The notes beneath the pieces are model-generated. The model was not told the DNA's origin and searched no databases. It saw only the letters and a list, made by a program, of their open reading frames with translations. A DNA stretch of 64,000 bases, from the NCBI GenBank assembly GCA_028286685.1, contig JAQBRA010000002.1:1073-65072 (forward strand), read 5' to 3'. This DNA is from Candidatus Adlerbacteria bacterium. Its GTDB lineage: Bacteria > Patescibacteriota > Minisyncoccia > Phycocordibacterales > SBAW01. Made by a program: the position numbers and the translations under genes. Positions 16,927-26,464 of the stretch are shown one piece after another (position 1 is the stretch's first letter; every line of letters begins with the position of its first letter).

Positions 16927-17436
16927 CTAGTTTATCTTGTCGCCGTAATCGAGGTCGTGCTGGGCGTAGCGATGGCGCAGCATGGCCTCGTCGCCGTACT
17001 TGGCAAACGACTGCTCGAAGGGCGACGGCATAAAGCCGCGTTCCTCCAGGTGCGCGATGGCGCAGAAGTAGTTTTGCGTGCGCCCGGCCACGACCGAGGC
17101 GTAGTGCAGCCAGCCGTTTACGTAGCCGCAGTACATGCAGCCGATCTTCTCGTACCAGGTCAGATACGGCAGCCTGGCGCGATCGACAATGCGTATATAG
17201 TGGCTGCGCTTAACCTTGCGGATGCCAAACAGCGGGAAAGCAATTTGATGATAGAGCTCCAAGAAAATGTCTGAGATGACGACCGGCACGAGCATGAGCC
17301 AAACCAGGGGCGCGCCCACCAGGTAGCGCAAAAACTGCGGATATTTGGACTTTGTGTGGGTAATTATCGGTTTAGTCATACTTAAGTTATCCCCAGCGTT
17401 ATCCCCTTTTATGCCATTTTGGGGTGAATTGGTCAA
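16927..17436 (-). CDS. hypothetical membrane protein
   Basis: 169-aa ORF with one TM segment (LVGAPLVWLMLVPVVISDIFL). No recognisable family. Confidence 0.3.
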   Translation of the reverse strand: MTNSPQNGIKGDNAGDNLSMTKPIITHTKSKYPQFLRYLVGAPLVWLMLVPVVISDIFLELYHQIAFPLFGIRKVKRSHYIRIVDRARLPYLTWYEKIGCMYCGYVNGWLHYASVVAGRTQNYFCAIAHLEERGFMPSPFEQSFAKYGDEAMLRHRYAQHDLDYGDKIN

Positions 17437-17695
17437 AATGCTATACTGGTGGAAGTAGGTAGGTCAGGAAGCATAGAGGCTTCTACTGATCCTAAAGCGA
17501 CATTGGTTGATCCATTTGATCGCATATTGTGTGGGGCGACCCACTTACCGGGCATGGGCTTACGCCGAGCGATTTCGGATCGAGGGCTGAGGAGTTGCTG
17601 GAGAGTACGCAACATTCTCCACTCAGGCACCAACATTCACTTACCGTTCGGACCCGCCTCCCAAACTCCAGCTTCGGCTCGGAGTTTTTGTATTT

Positions 17696-20167
17696 TTACA
17701 AGCAAACGAAGGAGGCAATTGCGTCGCCTTCGCGGAGTTTCATCACGCGGACGCCTTGGGTGCTGCGGGAGAGGGACGGGATTTCTTTAAGCGCGGTGCG
17801 AATGACCTGACCCTTCTTGGAGACGACAACGATCTCGTCCTCGCCTACGCCTTCTTCTTTTGAAATTACTTTAGACGCAATCAGCGAGCCGGTCTTGGGG
17901 GTCGTATTCATGGTCTTGATGCCCGAGCCGCCGCGGTTCTGGTTCTTGTACTCGTCCACCGAGGTGGTCTTGCCGTAGCCGTTCTTGGACAACACCAGAA
18001 CCTCGAGGTTCTTCATCCCCTTCTTGATAACGTCGGCACCCACGATAATGTCGCCGGCCCCCAGCTTCATACCGCGCACGCCGCCGGCACCGCGGCCCAT
18101 GGCGCGGATGTCGCCCTCCTTAAAGCGGATCGATTGGCCCTTGGCGGTCGAGAGGAAGATCTCGTCGCCCTTCTCTACCAGGAGCGCGGCAATAAGCTCG
18201 TCGCCCTTCTGGAGCTTGATAGCAATAAGGCCCGAGCGGCGCACGTCATGGAAGGCGGTGGCGTCTACCTTCTTGGCAACGCCTTCTTTGGTGATCATGT
18301 ACAAAAACTTCTCGCCCTCCTTCTGGTTCTTGCGCATCGGCAGCACGCTCGATACTTTTTCTGAGTCGGTAAGCTGCAGGAAGTTGACCAGGGCCTTGCC
18401 CTTGGTCGAGCGCTTGCCTTCAGGAATTTCGTAGAACTTGAGCTGGAAGGCGCGGCCTGCGTCGGTAAAGAACAAAAGGTCGCTATGGGTCGAGGTGGTC
18501 AGGAAGGTAGTAACGAAGTCCTCCTCTTTAGTATCAAGGTCGATAACGCCAACGCCGCCGCGCTTCTGCTGCTTGTATTCGTCGGGGTTGGTGCGCTTAA
18601 CGTAGCCGCCTGCAGTCAATACCAAAACCTGCTCCTCGTCGGGCACGAGATCCTCGACATTGATAACGCCGGCGGCGCCTTTCATCACCTTGGTGTTGCG
18701 GTCGTCGCTAAAGCGGCGGGTAAGCTCCTCGATCTCATGCTTAATAAGCGCGAGCATCTTCTTGTCGCTGCCCAAGAGCGCGGTCAGCTCGGCAATAAGC
18801 GCCTGGACCTCTGCAAGCTCGTCCATGACCTTCTGGCGCTCGAGGTTAGCAAGGCGCGAAAGACGCATCTCCAAAATGGCAGTGGCCTGCAAGTCGCTGA
18901 ACTTGTACTTCTTAACGATGTTGGCATGCGCCTCCGGCACATCTTTGGAGGCGCGGATGGTCTTGATGAGCTCATCAATTATGTCGAGCGCCTTGGCGAG
19001 GCCGAGCAAGATGTGCTCGCGGTCCTGCGCCTTGGTGAGATCAAACAGCGTGCGGCGGCGCACGACCTCGCGGCGGTGCTTAATAAACTCCTCGAGGATG
19101 CCTTTGAGTGAAATGGTCTGCGGCACGCCGTCGACAAGCACAACCATGTTGAAATGGAACGTGTCCTCAAGCGCGGTGTGCTTGTAGAGGAAGTTGAGGA
19201 CCTTCTGCGGATGCGCGCCCTGTTTGAGGTCGATAACGACGCGGATGTCCTTGGACGATTCGTCGCGCAGGCCGCGCACGCCCTCAAGCTTCTTGTCGCG
19301 GACCAGGTCGGCGATGCGCATGATGAGGTCGGCCTTGTTGACGCGGTACGGAATGGAGGTAATGACGATCTGGAAGTCGCCCTTCTTGCCTTCTACAATT
19401 TCTGCCACGCCGCGCACGACTACGCCGCCCTTGCCGGTGCTGTAGGCATGCAAAAGCGCTTTCTTATCAAATGCCACGGCGCCCGTCGGGAAGTCCGGGC
19501 CGGTAATAAACTCCATGAGGTCCTCGACGGTTGCGTCCGGGTTTTCTATCAAATGCGTCAAAGCGCCGGAGACCTCGCCCAAGTTGTGCGGCGGAATAGA
19601 GGTTGCCATACCGACGGCGATACCGAGCGTGCCGTTAAGCAGAATGTTGGGCATGCCGGCAGGCAGCACCGTCGGCTCCTTGATAGTGCCATCGTAGTTG
19701 GGGCGCCACTCCACAGTGTCTTTATCAAGGTCGTTTAAGAGCGCCTCGGCTACGCGCGACATTTTCGCCTCGGTGTAGCGGTAGGCGGCGGCCGAGTCGC
19801 CGTCGATGGAGCCGAAGTTACCCTGGCCCAAAATGAGCGGGTAGCGCATAGAGAAGTCTTGCGTCATCTTGACCATCGCGTCGTACACCGACTGGTCGCC
19901 GTGCGGGTGGTATTTACCCAGTACGTCTCCCACGATAGTTGCCGACTTGCGGAAGCGCGCGCCCGGGGTAAGCCCCTGGCGATGCATGGTGTAGAGAATG
20001 CGGCGGTGCACCGGCTTGAGACCGTCGCGCACATCGGGCAGGGCGCGGTCGGTAATGACCGACATGGCGTAGTCGATAAAGCTCTCGCGCATTTCAGCGG
20101 AGATGCTGCGGCCGACGATGCCCGTGCCGCCCTGTTCTTTTGTCTTGTTTTCTTCCTTGTCTGCCAT
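17696..20167 (-). CDS. gyrA: DNA gyrase subunit A
   Basis: 823 aa, [23 protein letters not shown] (active-site Tyr region), and the C-terminal beta-pinwheel GyrA-box region. Confidence 0.95.
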   Translation of the reverse strand: MADKEENKTKEQGGTGIVGRSISAEMRESFIDYAMSVITDRALPDVRDGLKPVHRRILYTMHRQGLTPGARFRKSATIVGDVLGKYHPHGDQSVYDAMVKMTQDFSMRYPLILGQGNFGSIDGDSAAAYRYTEAKMSRVAEALLNDLDKDTVEWRPNYDGTIKEPTVLPAGMPNILLNGTLGIAVGMATSIPPHNLGEVSGALTHLIENPDATVEDLMEFITGPDFPTGAVAFDKKALLHAYSTGKGGVVVRGVAEIVEGKKGDFQIVITSIPYRVNKADLIMRIADLVRDKKLEGVRGLRDESSKDIRVVIDLKQGAHPQKVLNFLYKHTALEDTFHFNMVVLVDGVPQTISLKGILEEFIKHRREVVRRRTLFDLTKAQDREHILLGLAKALDIIDELIKTIRASKDVPEAHANIVKKYKFSDLQATAILEMRLSRLANLERQKVMDELAEVQALIAELTALLGSDKKMLALIKHEIEELTRRFSDDRNTKVMKGAAGVINVEDLVPDEEQVLVLTAGGYVKRTNPDEYKQQKRGGVGVIDLDTKEEDFVTTFLTTSTHSDLLFFTDAGRAFQLKFYEIPEGKRSTKGKALVNFLQLTDSEKVSSVLPMRKNQKEGEKFLYMITKEGVAKKVDATAFHDVRRSGLIAIKLQKGDELIAALLVEKGDEIFLSTAKGQSIRFKEGDIRAMGRGAGGVRGMKLGAGDIIVGADVIKKGMKNLEVLVLSKNGYGKTTSVDEYKNQNRGGSGIKTMNTTPKTGSLIASKVISKEEGVGEDEIVVVSKKGQVIRTALKEIPSLSRSTQGVRVMKLREGDAIASFVCL

Positions 20168-20168
20168 A

Positions 20169-20420
20169 CTAGAATCCTGAAGTCGGGGCCGGTATTAACT
20201 GGTTGGGCCCATTGTAGCCGCTTTGCGCCGCCGCCGCAGTAAGCGACGTCTGGTTAGTATCGTCTTGCGCCAGCTGCGTCTCGTCGGAGGAAAGGCGGAA
20301 GCCCAGCGTCGTAATCCAGATAGCAAAGACCCCCGCCGTAACGACGCCCGCGATCTGCATCGCATGCTGGCGGCGCTCGTGGGGCTCTTTGGTCTTTATG
20401 TGATCGAGATACTTCTTCAT
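20169..20420 (-). CDS. hypothetical small membrane protein
   Basis: Single TM ([18 protein letters not shown]). Start taken at the internal Met to avoid overlap with the upstream gene. Confidence 0.3.
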   Translation of the reverse strand: MKKYLDHIKTKEPHERRQHAMQIAGVVTAGVFAIWITTLGFRLSSDETQLAQDDTNQTSLTAAAAQSGYNGPNQLIPAPTSGF

Positions 20421-20427
20421 ATCTATA

Positions 20428-21048
20428 TTATGCGCCCAAAACGACGACTTCGGCCTCTTTGCCCTCAAGGTCCTTGCGCTTGACGGTCAGTTTTTCCTCG
20501 GCCTTTGTGCCCTCGGCACCCGCCTCCTTAAGGAATGATTTGAGCGCGGCCGCATCGTAGTGCATGGGCACGATTACCTTGGGGCCGAGCTGCACGGCCA
20601 GCTTATAGGCCGCCGCATGATCAAGCACTTCGCCGCCGCCGACCGGTATAAACAGTATATCGACTTCATCAACTTCTTGCTTGGCAGCCGCGGGCAGCTC
20701 GGCCGAGCCCATGGCGCCCAAAAAGCACAGGTTCATGCCCTCGAGCGATATAGAGTAGATAGTATTGATAGTCGCCTGCTTGTCGTAGGTCGTAGGCGCA
20801 CCAAAGCCACGCACTGCTACGCCCTTAACCTCATACTCGCCCGCGCCGCTTATAACGAACGGCTGGCGCTCGCCGAAGGAGGCGTTTTCGGTGCCATTGA
20901 AGTCTTCATGCGGCAAAGAGACAAGGGCGATGTCAGCGCCAAACTTAGAGGTGGCAAGCTTGGAGGATTTGCCGGGCGGGTTGATAGCGATAGTCAGATC
21001 GCCAAAGGTAACCTTAAAGCACTCGCCGCCCAGGTAGCTGATAACCAT
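20428..21048 (-). CDS. MBL-fold metallo-hydrolase
   Basis: Beta-lactamase-fold-like ...DIALVSLPHEDFNG...VIVPMHYD. Confidence 0.5.
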   Translation of the reverse strand: MVISYLGGECFKVTFGDLTIAINPPGKSSKLATSKFGADIALVSLPHEDFNGTENASFGERQPFVISGAGEYEVKGVAVRGFGAPTTYDKQATINTIYSISLEGMNLCFLGAMGSAELPAAAKQEVDEVDILFIPVGGGEVLDHAAAYKLAVQLGPKVIVPMHYDAAALKSFLKEAGAEGTKAEEKLTVKRKDLEGKEAEVVVLGA

Positions 21049-21102
21049 GCCTCCATTTTAACATATTTATGAACGCTTTTCCATAAATCGGCTTCTATCT
21101 AC

Positions 21103-21131
21103 TTGACATCTTCATATCGGAAGTTTATATT
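21103..21131 (+). promoter_or_regulatory. sigma70-type promoter
   Basis: TTGACA, a 17-nt spacer, then TATATT, about 100 nt upstream of the Gln/Gly-rich ORF. Confidence 0.55.
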
Positions 21132-21233
21132 GCCTATACATGTTCGCCTGACGCGGACGCCCTCAAAAGGCGCCCTTTTTGTTCCCCAGGGGGCAGAGTC
21201 AGGATGAGGACGTGCAGCACACAGGAGACGACA

Positions 21234-21401
21234 ATGGGTCAAAACAACAAGCCGGGTCAGGGTCAGAAGGATCAGGACCAGCAGGGCGGCCAAAGCGGCC
21301 AGAAGCCCGGCCAGCAGAGCCAGCAGCCCGGCCAAGGCGGCCAGCAGCAGGGCGGCGCCCACAAGCCCGGCACCCAGCCCGGCAAGGGCTCGCAGCGCTA
21401 A
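21234..21401 (+). CDS. small Gln/Gly-rich low-complexity protein (KGG/QGG stress-protein-like)
   Basis: AGGAGAcgacaATG. The product is MGQNNKPGQGQKDQDQQGGQSGQKPGQQSQQPGQGGQQQGGAHKPGTQPGKGSQR. Confidence 0.4.
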   Translation: MGQNNKPGQGQKDQDQQGGQSGQKPGQQSQQPGQGGQQQGGAHKPGTQPGKGSQR

Positions 21402-21668
21402 CGCGCGATCGGCCCACATCCTCGGCGGCGCCGGCGCGCCGTCGAGGACAACCCGGAGGAGTTCCATGAGCATCAAACCAATGCATGGCTTGGGAATTCC
21501 TCAAGCCTTGCAGCAACACGGTGCGGGACCTAAATCCCCGCCTGAACCAAGCGTACTTGGAGTAGTCGGATTCGGGCAACCGATTCCGCCGCTTCAAGGC
21601 GTCACGCCGTCTCTAAAGATCCAAGTCTCTGGGAGGAGAACGCAGAAGCGCCTTTAAGGCGCTCGCAG

Positions 21669-21718
21669 AAGCCCGGTTCGCGCAGCACCATTCAGGTGTT
21701 GAGCGAACCGGCTTTTTT
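21669..21718 (+). terminator. rho-independent terminator
   Basis: aagcccggttcgc...gcgaaccggc followed by ttttttatt. Confidence 0.7.
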
Positions 21719-21849
21719 ATTGCCCTAATTTGCAAAAAGGCCCCTTTCGGGCTATAGTCTGAGCCAATAGAGGGAGTCTCTATTATTAGAAACAGCGCGT
21801 AGGAGTAAAGCCAGATCTTGGCCCCCTACCGTACAAATCAATAAATATT

Positions 21850-22944
21850 ATGGAATCTAACCTTACCGAGGAGAACTTGCCCGCATCCGTGATGGCCATG
21901 TTTGCCGAGCAGGCACACATGCCGCCCAAGGCTGGCGATATTATCGAGGGCACCGTGCTCTCTTTGGACCGCGCCCGCCTCTACGTCGACCTGCCGCCTT
22001 TCGGCACCGGCGTTATTTACGGCCGCGAGTACATGAACGCGCGCGAGGTCATCAAGCGCACCAACGTCGGCGACAAGATCAGCGCCAAAGTCATTTCCAC
22101 CAACACCAAGGACGGCTACATCGAGCTTTCCCTTAAGGAGGCGCGCCAGGCCGCTGCCTGGGCCGAGGCCGAGGATATGGTCAAGAACAAGACCATGCTC
22201 GAGCTTACCGTTAAGGAGGCCAACAAGGGCGGACTCATCATGGAGTGGCAGGGTATTGCCGGATTCCTCCCCGCATCCCAGCTCAAGGCAGAACACTACC
22301 CGCGCGTCAGCGACGGCGACAAGGACCGCATTCTTGATGAGCTGCGCAAGCTCGTGGGCACCAAGCTCCCGGTCTCGATAATCGGCGCACAGCCGAAGGA
22401 GGGCAAGCTCATCTTCAGCGAGAAGGGCGCAGACGATAAGGAGAAGAAGGAGCTCATCGCCAACTACGCCGTGGGCGACGCCGTTAACGGCGAGGTTACC
22501 GGCATGGTGGACTTCGGCGTCTTCGTGAAGCTCGAGGAGGGCCTCGAGGGCCTGGTCCATATTTCCGAGATCGACTGGGGCCTGGTAGACGATCCGCGCC
22601 ACTTCTTCAAGGTCGGCGACAAGGTCCGCGTGAAGATCATCGATATCAAGGACGGCAAAGTGTCCCTCTCAGTGAAGGCGCTCAAGGAGAACCCTTGGGA
22701 GGCTGCCAAGGGCCGCTACAACAAGGGCGACAAGGTTGAGGGCGTGGTCATCAAGTTCAACAAGCACGGCGCACTCGCCTCTATCGAGGAAGGCATTGCC
22801 GGCCTGGTGCACGTCTCCGAGTTCGGCACCGAGGAGAAGCTCCGCGGTAGCTTGGAGCTCGGCAAGCGCTACCCCTTCACCATTTCCCTCTTCGAGCCGA
22901 AGGATATGCGCATGGCATTGAATTTCGCAGGGGATAAGAAGTAA
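21850..22944 (+). CDS. rpsA: 30S ribosomal protein S1 (short, four S1 domains)
   Basis: Repeated S1 motifs (GDIIEGTVLSL, GDAVNGEVTGMVDFGVFVKL, GDKVEGVVIKF...). 364 aa. Confidence 0.85.
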   Translation: MESNLTEENLPASVMAMFAEQAHMPPKAGDIIEGTVLSLDRARLYVDLPPFGTGVIYGREYMNAREVIKRTNVGDKISAKVISTNTKDGYIELSLKEARQAAAWAEAEDMVKNKTMLELTVKEANKGGLIMEWQGIAGFLPASQLKAEHYPRVSDGDKDRILDELRKLVGTKLPVSIIGAQPKEGKLIFSEKGADDKEKKELIANYAVGDAVNGEVTGMVDFGVFVKLEEGLEGLVHISEIDWGLVDDPRHFFKVGDKVRVKIIDIKDGKVSLSVKALKENPWEAAKGRYNKGDKVEGVVIKFNKHGALASIEEGIAGLVHVSEFGTEEKLRGSLELGKRYPFTISLFEPKDMRMALNFAGDKK

Positions 22945-22970
22945 ATCCTGCCGATATCCGCGCAAACAAG

Positions 22971-23002
22971 AAACCGCCTCTCAATTAAGAGAGGCGGTTT
23001 TG
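22971..23002 (+). terminator. bidirectional rho-independent terminator
   Basis: aaaccgcctctc-aattaa-gagaggcggttt. Confidence 0.7.
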
Positions 23003-23353
23003 CATCAGATTCTTAAGCAGGGCATTGAACTGCTCCCTTGAAATGAACTTGCCCAAAAATAAGTGCGCCCCGCGCTCTTTTGCCTCCTGCTGCACGGCAG
23101 GTATGCCATGTCGCGATATGACAACGATTGCGGGTGTGCCGCAGCGCTTGCGGATAGTGTCGATGAGCACGAAGCCCTCCTCTGCCTGGCTGCTTAGGCC
23201 CAAGAGCAGCACCAAGTCGAACTCCTCGGCTACCTCGACAAGACCCGAAGCACTAACAGTCGAGACAGAGATACATCCGGTCGTAACCAGCTTGCTTTCC
23301 CAGTCCACAGCCTCGATAGAGGTTGCCGTGTGGTTTACGACGAGCGCTCGCAT
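22985..23353 (-). CDS. stand-alone receiver-like (CheY-fold) domain protein lacking the phospho-acceptor acidic pocket
   Basis: REC-like layout with the conserved Ser (VVIS) and Lys (LGKF). The DD pair reads NH and the Asp57-equivalent reads L (DLVLLLGLS). Confidence 0.45.
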   Translation of the reverse strand: MRALVVNHTATSIEAVDWESKLVTTGCISVSTVSASGLVEVAEEFDLVLLLGLSSQAEEGFVLIDTIRKRCGTPAIVVISRHGIPAVQQEAKERGAHLFLGKFISREQFNALLKNLMQNRLS

Positions 23354-23414
23354 GGGACGCCTCCTTTGTACTTTGCCCCACTATACGGCATGAGCACCCC
23401 TTGCGCAAAAATTA

Positions 23415-23945
23415 CTACCGCGCATTTATTGCGGTCATTGCGGCTTGGACGCCGTCTTCCAAAACTATTTCCAGCGCCTCCTGCACTATCTTTTTAACTT
23501 TTTTGAGCTTCTCCGCATCGAGAGGCTTGAATTTGCCCAAGACAAAGTCGGTAATCTTCTCGGGCGCGGGCCGCTTGAGCAATCCCTTTGGGGTGGCGCC
23601 CGATATGCCGATGCGGATGCGCACGTAGTCTTTGGTCTTAAGGGCCTTTTCTATCGACTTAACCCCGTTGTGGCCGCCGGCGCTCGAGCCGAAGGAGACT
23701 TTGACGCGGCCCAAGGGCAGATCGAGCTCGTCATGGAGCACGATAAGCTTTTCTGCAGCTTTTTTGCTCGCAATCAGCTTCTTTATGGGGCCGCCCGAGT
23801 TGTTCATATACACGTTAAGCTCGGCGACCTTCGCTTTTTTGGGCAGCTTGTCCTTAAGCGCAGCCAGAAGGTCCTTGCCGACGTTGTGCCGGGTGCCAAT
23901 GTATTCCTTATCAGGGTTCCCGAGCCCCACTACTATCCAAGACAT
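23415..23945 (-). CDS. pth: peptidyl-tRNA hydrolase
   Basis: MSWIVVGLGNPDKEYIGTRHNVG... Confidence 0.85.
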   Translation of the reverse strand: MSWIVVGLGNPDKEYIGTRHNVGKDLLAALKDKLPKKAKVAELNVYMNNSGGPIKKLIASKKAAEKLIVLHDELDLPLGRVKVSFGSSAGGHNGVKSIEKALKTKDYVRIRIGISGATPKGLLKRPAPEKITDFVLGKFKPLDAEKLKKVKKIVQEALEIVLEDGVQAAMTAINAR

Positions 23946-24105
23946 GCAGGCACTATACCACGCAGGCAAAAAACAATAGAAAAATAGTCTGGCCCGAGAG
24001 GGCTCAGAGCCCGATACGGGAGACCCGAGGACTTTTTTCTATTGTTTTTCTGCCGGAGATGTTAAAAAAGCTTGCACTGTTTGCAAAGAGGTATAAACTA
24101 ATGCC

Positions 24106-24663
24106 ATGCCACAGGAGAACAGTGATTCTTTTTTCACCGAACTCCTCAAATTCGTAGTAGTCGCGGCCGTCATCGTGCTCCCGGTGCGCCTTTTTGTCGC
24201 GCAACCGTTCATTGTCTCCGGCGAGAGCATGGATCCGACGTTTAAGAACGGGCAATACCTCATTGTCGACGAGCTTACCTACCGCCTGGAGGACCCCAAG
24301 CGCGGCGACGTGGTTATTTTCCGCTACCCGCGCAACCCTTCCGAGTTCTTTATCAAGCGCATTATCGGACTCCCGGGCGAAACCGTTACGATCCAGGACG
24401 GCACCGTATCGGTAATGGGCGCGGACGGCAGCGCGGTCGCACTCAACGAGCCGTACGTAAAAAACATCGGCAACGGCCGCGACTCATCGTATCCGCTCGG
24501 CGCAGACGAATACTTTGTTATGGGCGACAATCGTCCCGAAAGCTCCGACTCCCGCATTTGGGGCGTACTTCCCCGCGAAAATATGATAGGACGCGCCCTG
24601 GTACGGCTTTTGCCCGTCGGGGACGCAGGCGTCTTCCCCGGCTCGGCTACGTACTCTCAGTAA
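24106..24663 (+). CDS. lepB: signal peptidase I
   Basis: GESMDPTF (Ser box), KRIIGLPGE (Lys box), and GDNRPESSDSR. Confidence 0.85.
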   Translation: MPQENSDSFFTELLKFVVVAAVIVLPVRLFVAQPFIVSGESMDPTFKNGQYLIVDELTYRLEDPKRGDVVIFRYPRNPSEFFIKRIIGLPGETVTIQDGTVSVMGADGSAVALNEPYVKNIGNGRDSSYPLGADEYFVMGDNRPESSDSRIWGVLPRENMIGRALVRLLPVGDAGVFPGSATYSQ

Positions 24664-24664
24664 T

Positions 24665-25807
24665 ATGAGCGCCCCCCAGAAATCCTCCCCGGCCAGCTTC
24701 CTTAAATTGTCCCAGGACGTTGCCTCCTTTTACGGCTTCCGGCCGCTGCGCGAGATAGAAAAGAGCCTTGCCCCCGGCATCTACAAGCGCGGGGCGCACA
24801 ACTTTTCCTCCGCCTCGACCGCGCTGGCGCACAGCTCCGGCGGCGTGCTCCCGGAGCCGGTCATGGCCTACTATGCCAGCGCCTCCCCCTTGCATGTGCC
24901 CGGGGGTTGGCCCGCGCGCGAGGTGGGCGAGTTCGGCTTGCAGGTGGCGGGCGCCAAAGAGAGCGTCGGCGAAGTGTTCCTGCTCAAGACGGTCGCCACT
25001 ATTTTAAGCGAGTGGGGCGGCACCATGACCCGGGTGCGCATCAATGCGCTCGGCGACCGGGACTCCCGGCAACGCTTTGCGCGCGAACTTTCAAGCTACC
25101 TGCGCCGCCAGTCGCACAACCTGTCGCCCGAGTGCCGCGACAAGGCGCCTGAAGACCCTATGGCAGTGTTTGCCTGCGCCGACGAGGCATGCCGCGCGGC
25201 GCTCGAGTCCGGTCCACGCGCGATGAACTTCTTATCGGAGAAGAGCCGCGCCCATTTCCGCGAGGTCTTGGAGCACTTGGAGCACTTGGGGCTCCCCTAC
25301 GAGCTTGATGACATGCTGATGGGCGACGAGCGCGAGCCGCGCGTGGCGTTTGCTATCGACCTCAATGAAGACGCCACGGTCCTGGGCTCTATCGGCGGAC
25401 GCTTTGATGACCATGTCCGCCGGCTCACCGGCCACAAGGAGGCTACGGCAGTCCACGCCAGCCTGTTTTTCCGCAAGAAAGGCCTTACCGCTTCAAACTT
25501 CCAGCTCGAGAGCCCCACAGGGCGGCCCCGCATCTACTTTGTCCAGCTGGGCATGCGCGCCAAGCTGCGTTCGCTCGAGGTAAGCGACATATTGCGCGTA
25601 GCCCGCATCCCGGTCCTGCAATCCTTCGACTCGTCCCGCCTTTCCCCGCAGCTCTTGGCCGCAACTGCGGCAGGAGTCTCCCACCTTATTATTATGGGCC
25701 AGCGCGAGGCTCTGGACGGCACGGTTATCGTCCGCGCGGCCGACAATAGTGCCCAGACGACGCTCGGCCTCTCCCAGCTCCCCCGCTATTTAAAGGCCCT
25801 GCACTAG
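24665..25807 (+). CDS. histidyl-tRNA synthetase-like class II paralog (HisZ-like; catalytic motif 2 degenerate)
   Basis: The C-terminal two-thirds align to HisRS (GGRFDD matches GGRYD; anticodon-binding-like HLIIMGQREALDGTVIVR). The N-terminal region lacks the motif-2 arginines. Confidence 0.45.
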   Translation: MSAPQKSSPASFLKLSQDVASFYGFRPLREIEKSLAPGIYKRGAHNFSSASTALAHSSGGVLPEPVMAYYASASPLHVPGGWPAREVGEFGLQVAGAKESVGEVFLLKTVATILSEWGGTMTRVRINALGDRDSRQRFARELSSYLRRQSHNLSPECRDKAPEDPMAVFACADEACRAALESGPRAMNFLSEKSRAHFREVLEHLEHLGLPYELDDMLMGDEREPRVAFAIDLNEDATVLGSIGGRFDDHVRRLTGHKEATAVHASLFFRKKGLTASNFQLESPTGRPRIYFVQLGMRAKLRSLEVSDILRVARIPVLQSFDSSRLSPQLLAATAAGVSHLIIMGQREALDGTVIVRAADNSAQTTLGLSQLPRYLKALH

Positions 25808-25859
25808 GGCCCAGGGGCAGTTGCAGCCCGTCCTTACCCGTGTTATATTTTCCCCACAC

Positions 25860-26117
25860 ATGGCAACCAACGCAGAGGTAAAAAAGAACGACAACGAGAA
25901 CGCGATAAACCTTATCCGCCGCTTTAGTAAGCGCGTCCAGGGAACGGGCCTTATCCAGGCTACCCGCAAGCGCCGCTACTTTGCCCGCGCAAAGTCCAAG
26001 CTGGTTACCCGCAAGGGCGCCCTTAAGCGCATGGCCCGCCGCGAGGAGGTAACCGAGCTCATCAAGCTCGGCAAGATGGAGGCCCGCGTCCCGGGCCAGC
26101 GCTTCCGCCGCAAGTAA
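25860..26117 (+). CDS. rpsU: 30S ribosomal protein S21 (probable)
   Basis: Small basic protein NAINLIRRFSKRVQGTGLIQATRKRRYFARAKSKLVTRKGALKRMARRE, placed ahead of ybeY. Confidence 0.5.
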   Translation: MATNAEVKKNDNENAINLIRRFSKRVQGTGLIQATRKRRYFARAKSKLVTRKGALKRMARREEVTELIKLGKMEARVPGQRFRRK

Positions 26118-26125
26118 ATCTCCGC

Positions 26126-26464
26126 GTGGTACGCATCCCCGCAGTATTTAAGAAGATCCAGGCCGAGATACTCGGCCCCAGCTACGACCTTTCGGTCGTT
26201 TTTTTGGTTGAGAAGGAGATGCGAAAAGCGATGAAGTACCGGTACGAGAAAATAGCCGGAAAGAAGACGTCCAACGTGCTGTCGTTCCCGCTTTCCAAAA
26301 CGTCCGGCGAAATCCTCATCTGCCCCGATGCCGCAAAGCCCTACACCCTTGCCTACCTTTTTATCCACGGATGCCTGCACCTTAAAGGGTCCAAGCATAG
26401 TGATACAATGGAGCGTGAAGAGAACCGGATTTTAAAAAAATTCGGCCTTCGCGCGCATGAATAA
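26126..26464 (+). CDS. ybeY: rRNA maturation RNase YbeY
   Basis: H-x-x-x-H-x-x-x-x-x-H triad in IHGCLHLKGSKHSD. Confidence 0.7.
   Translation: MVRIPAVFKKIQAEILGPSYDLSVVFLVEKEMRKAMKYRYEKIAGKKTSNVLSFPLSKTSGEILICPDAAKPYTLAYLFIHGCLHLKGSKHSDTMEREENRILKKFGLRAHE

Noticed and set aside
17449-17810. Possible tmRNA or SRP RNA in the 260-nt gap downstream of gyrA (ggacccgcctccc resembled a tmRNA 3' end; gtcaggaagca resembled SRP domain IV)
   Set aside because: No tRNA-like T-arm/acceptor and no SRP GGAA tetraloop context. The region is better explained as the gyrA terminator (aaactccagc-ttcggc-tcggagttt) plus the promoter of the 16927..17436 gene.
18485-19738. Long plus-strand ORFs inside gyrA (18485..19111, 18660..19187, 19154..19738) and others antisense to lepA, murJ and the O-antigen ligase (for example 58209..59888, 559 aa)
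   Set aside because: They are antisense to well-supported genes, with low-complexity Arg/Ala/Gly-rich products typical of high-GC noise.
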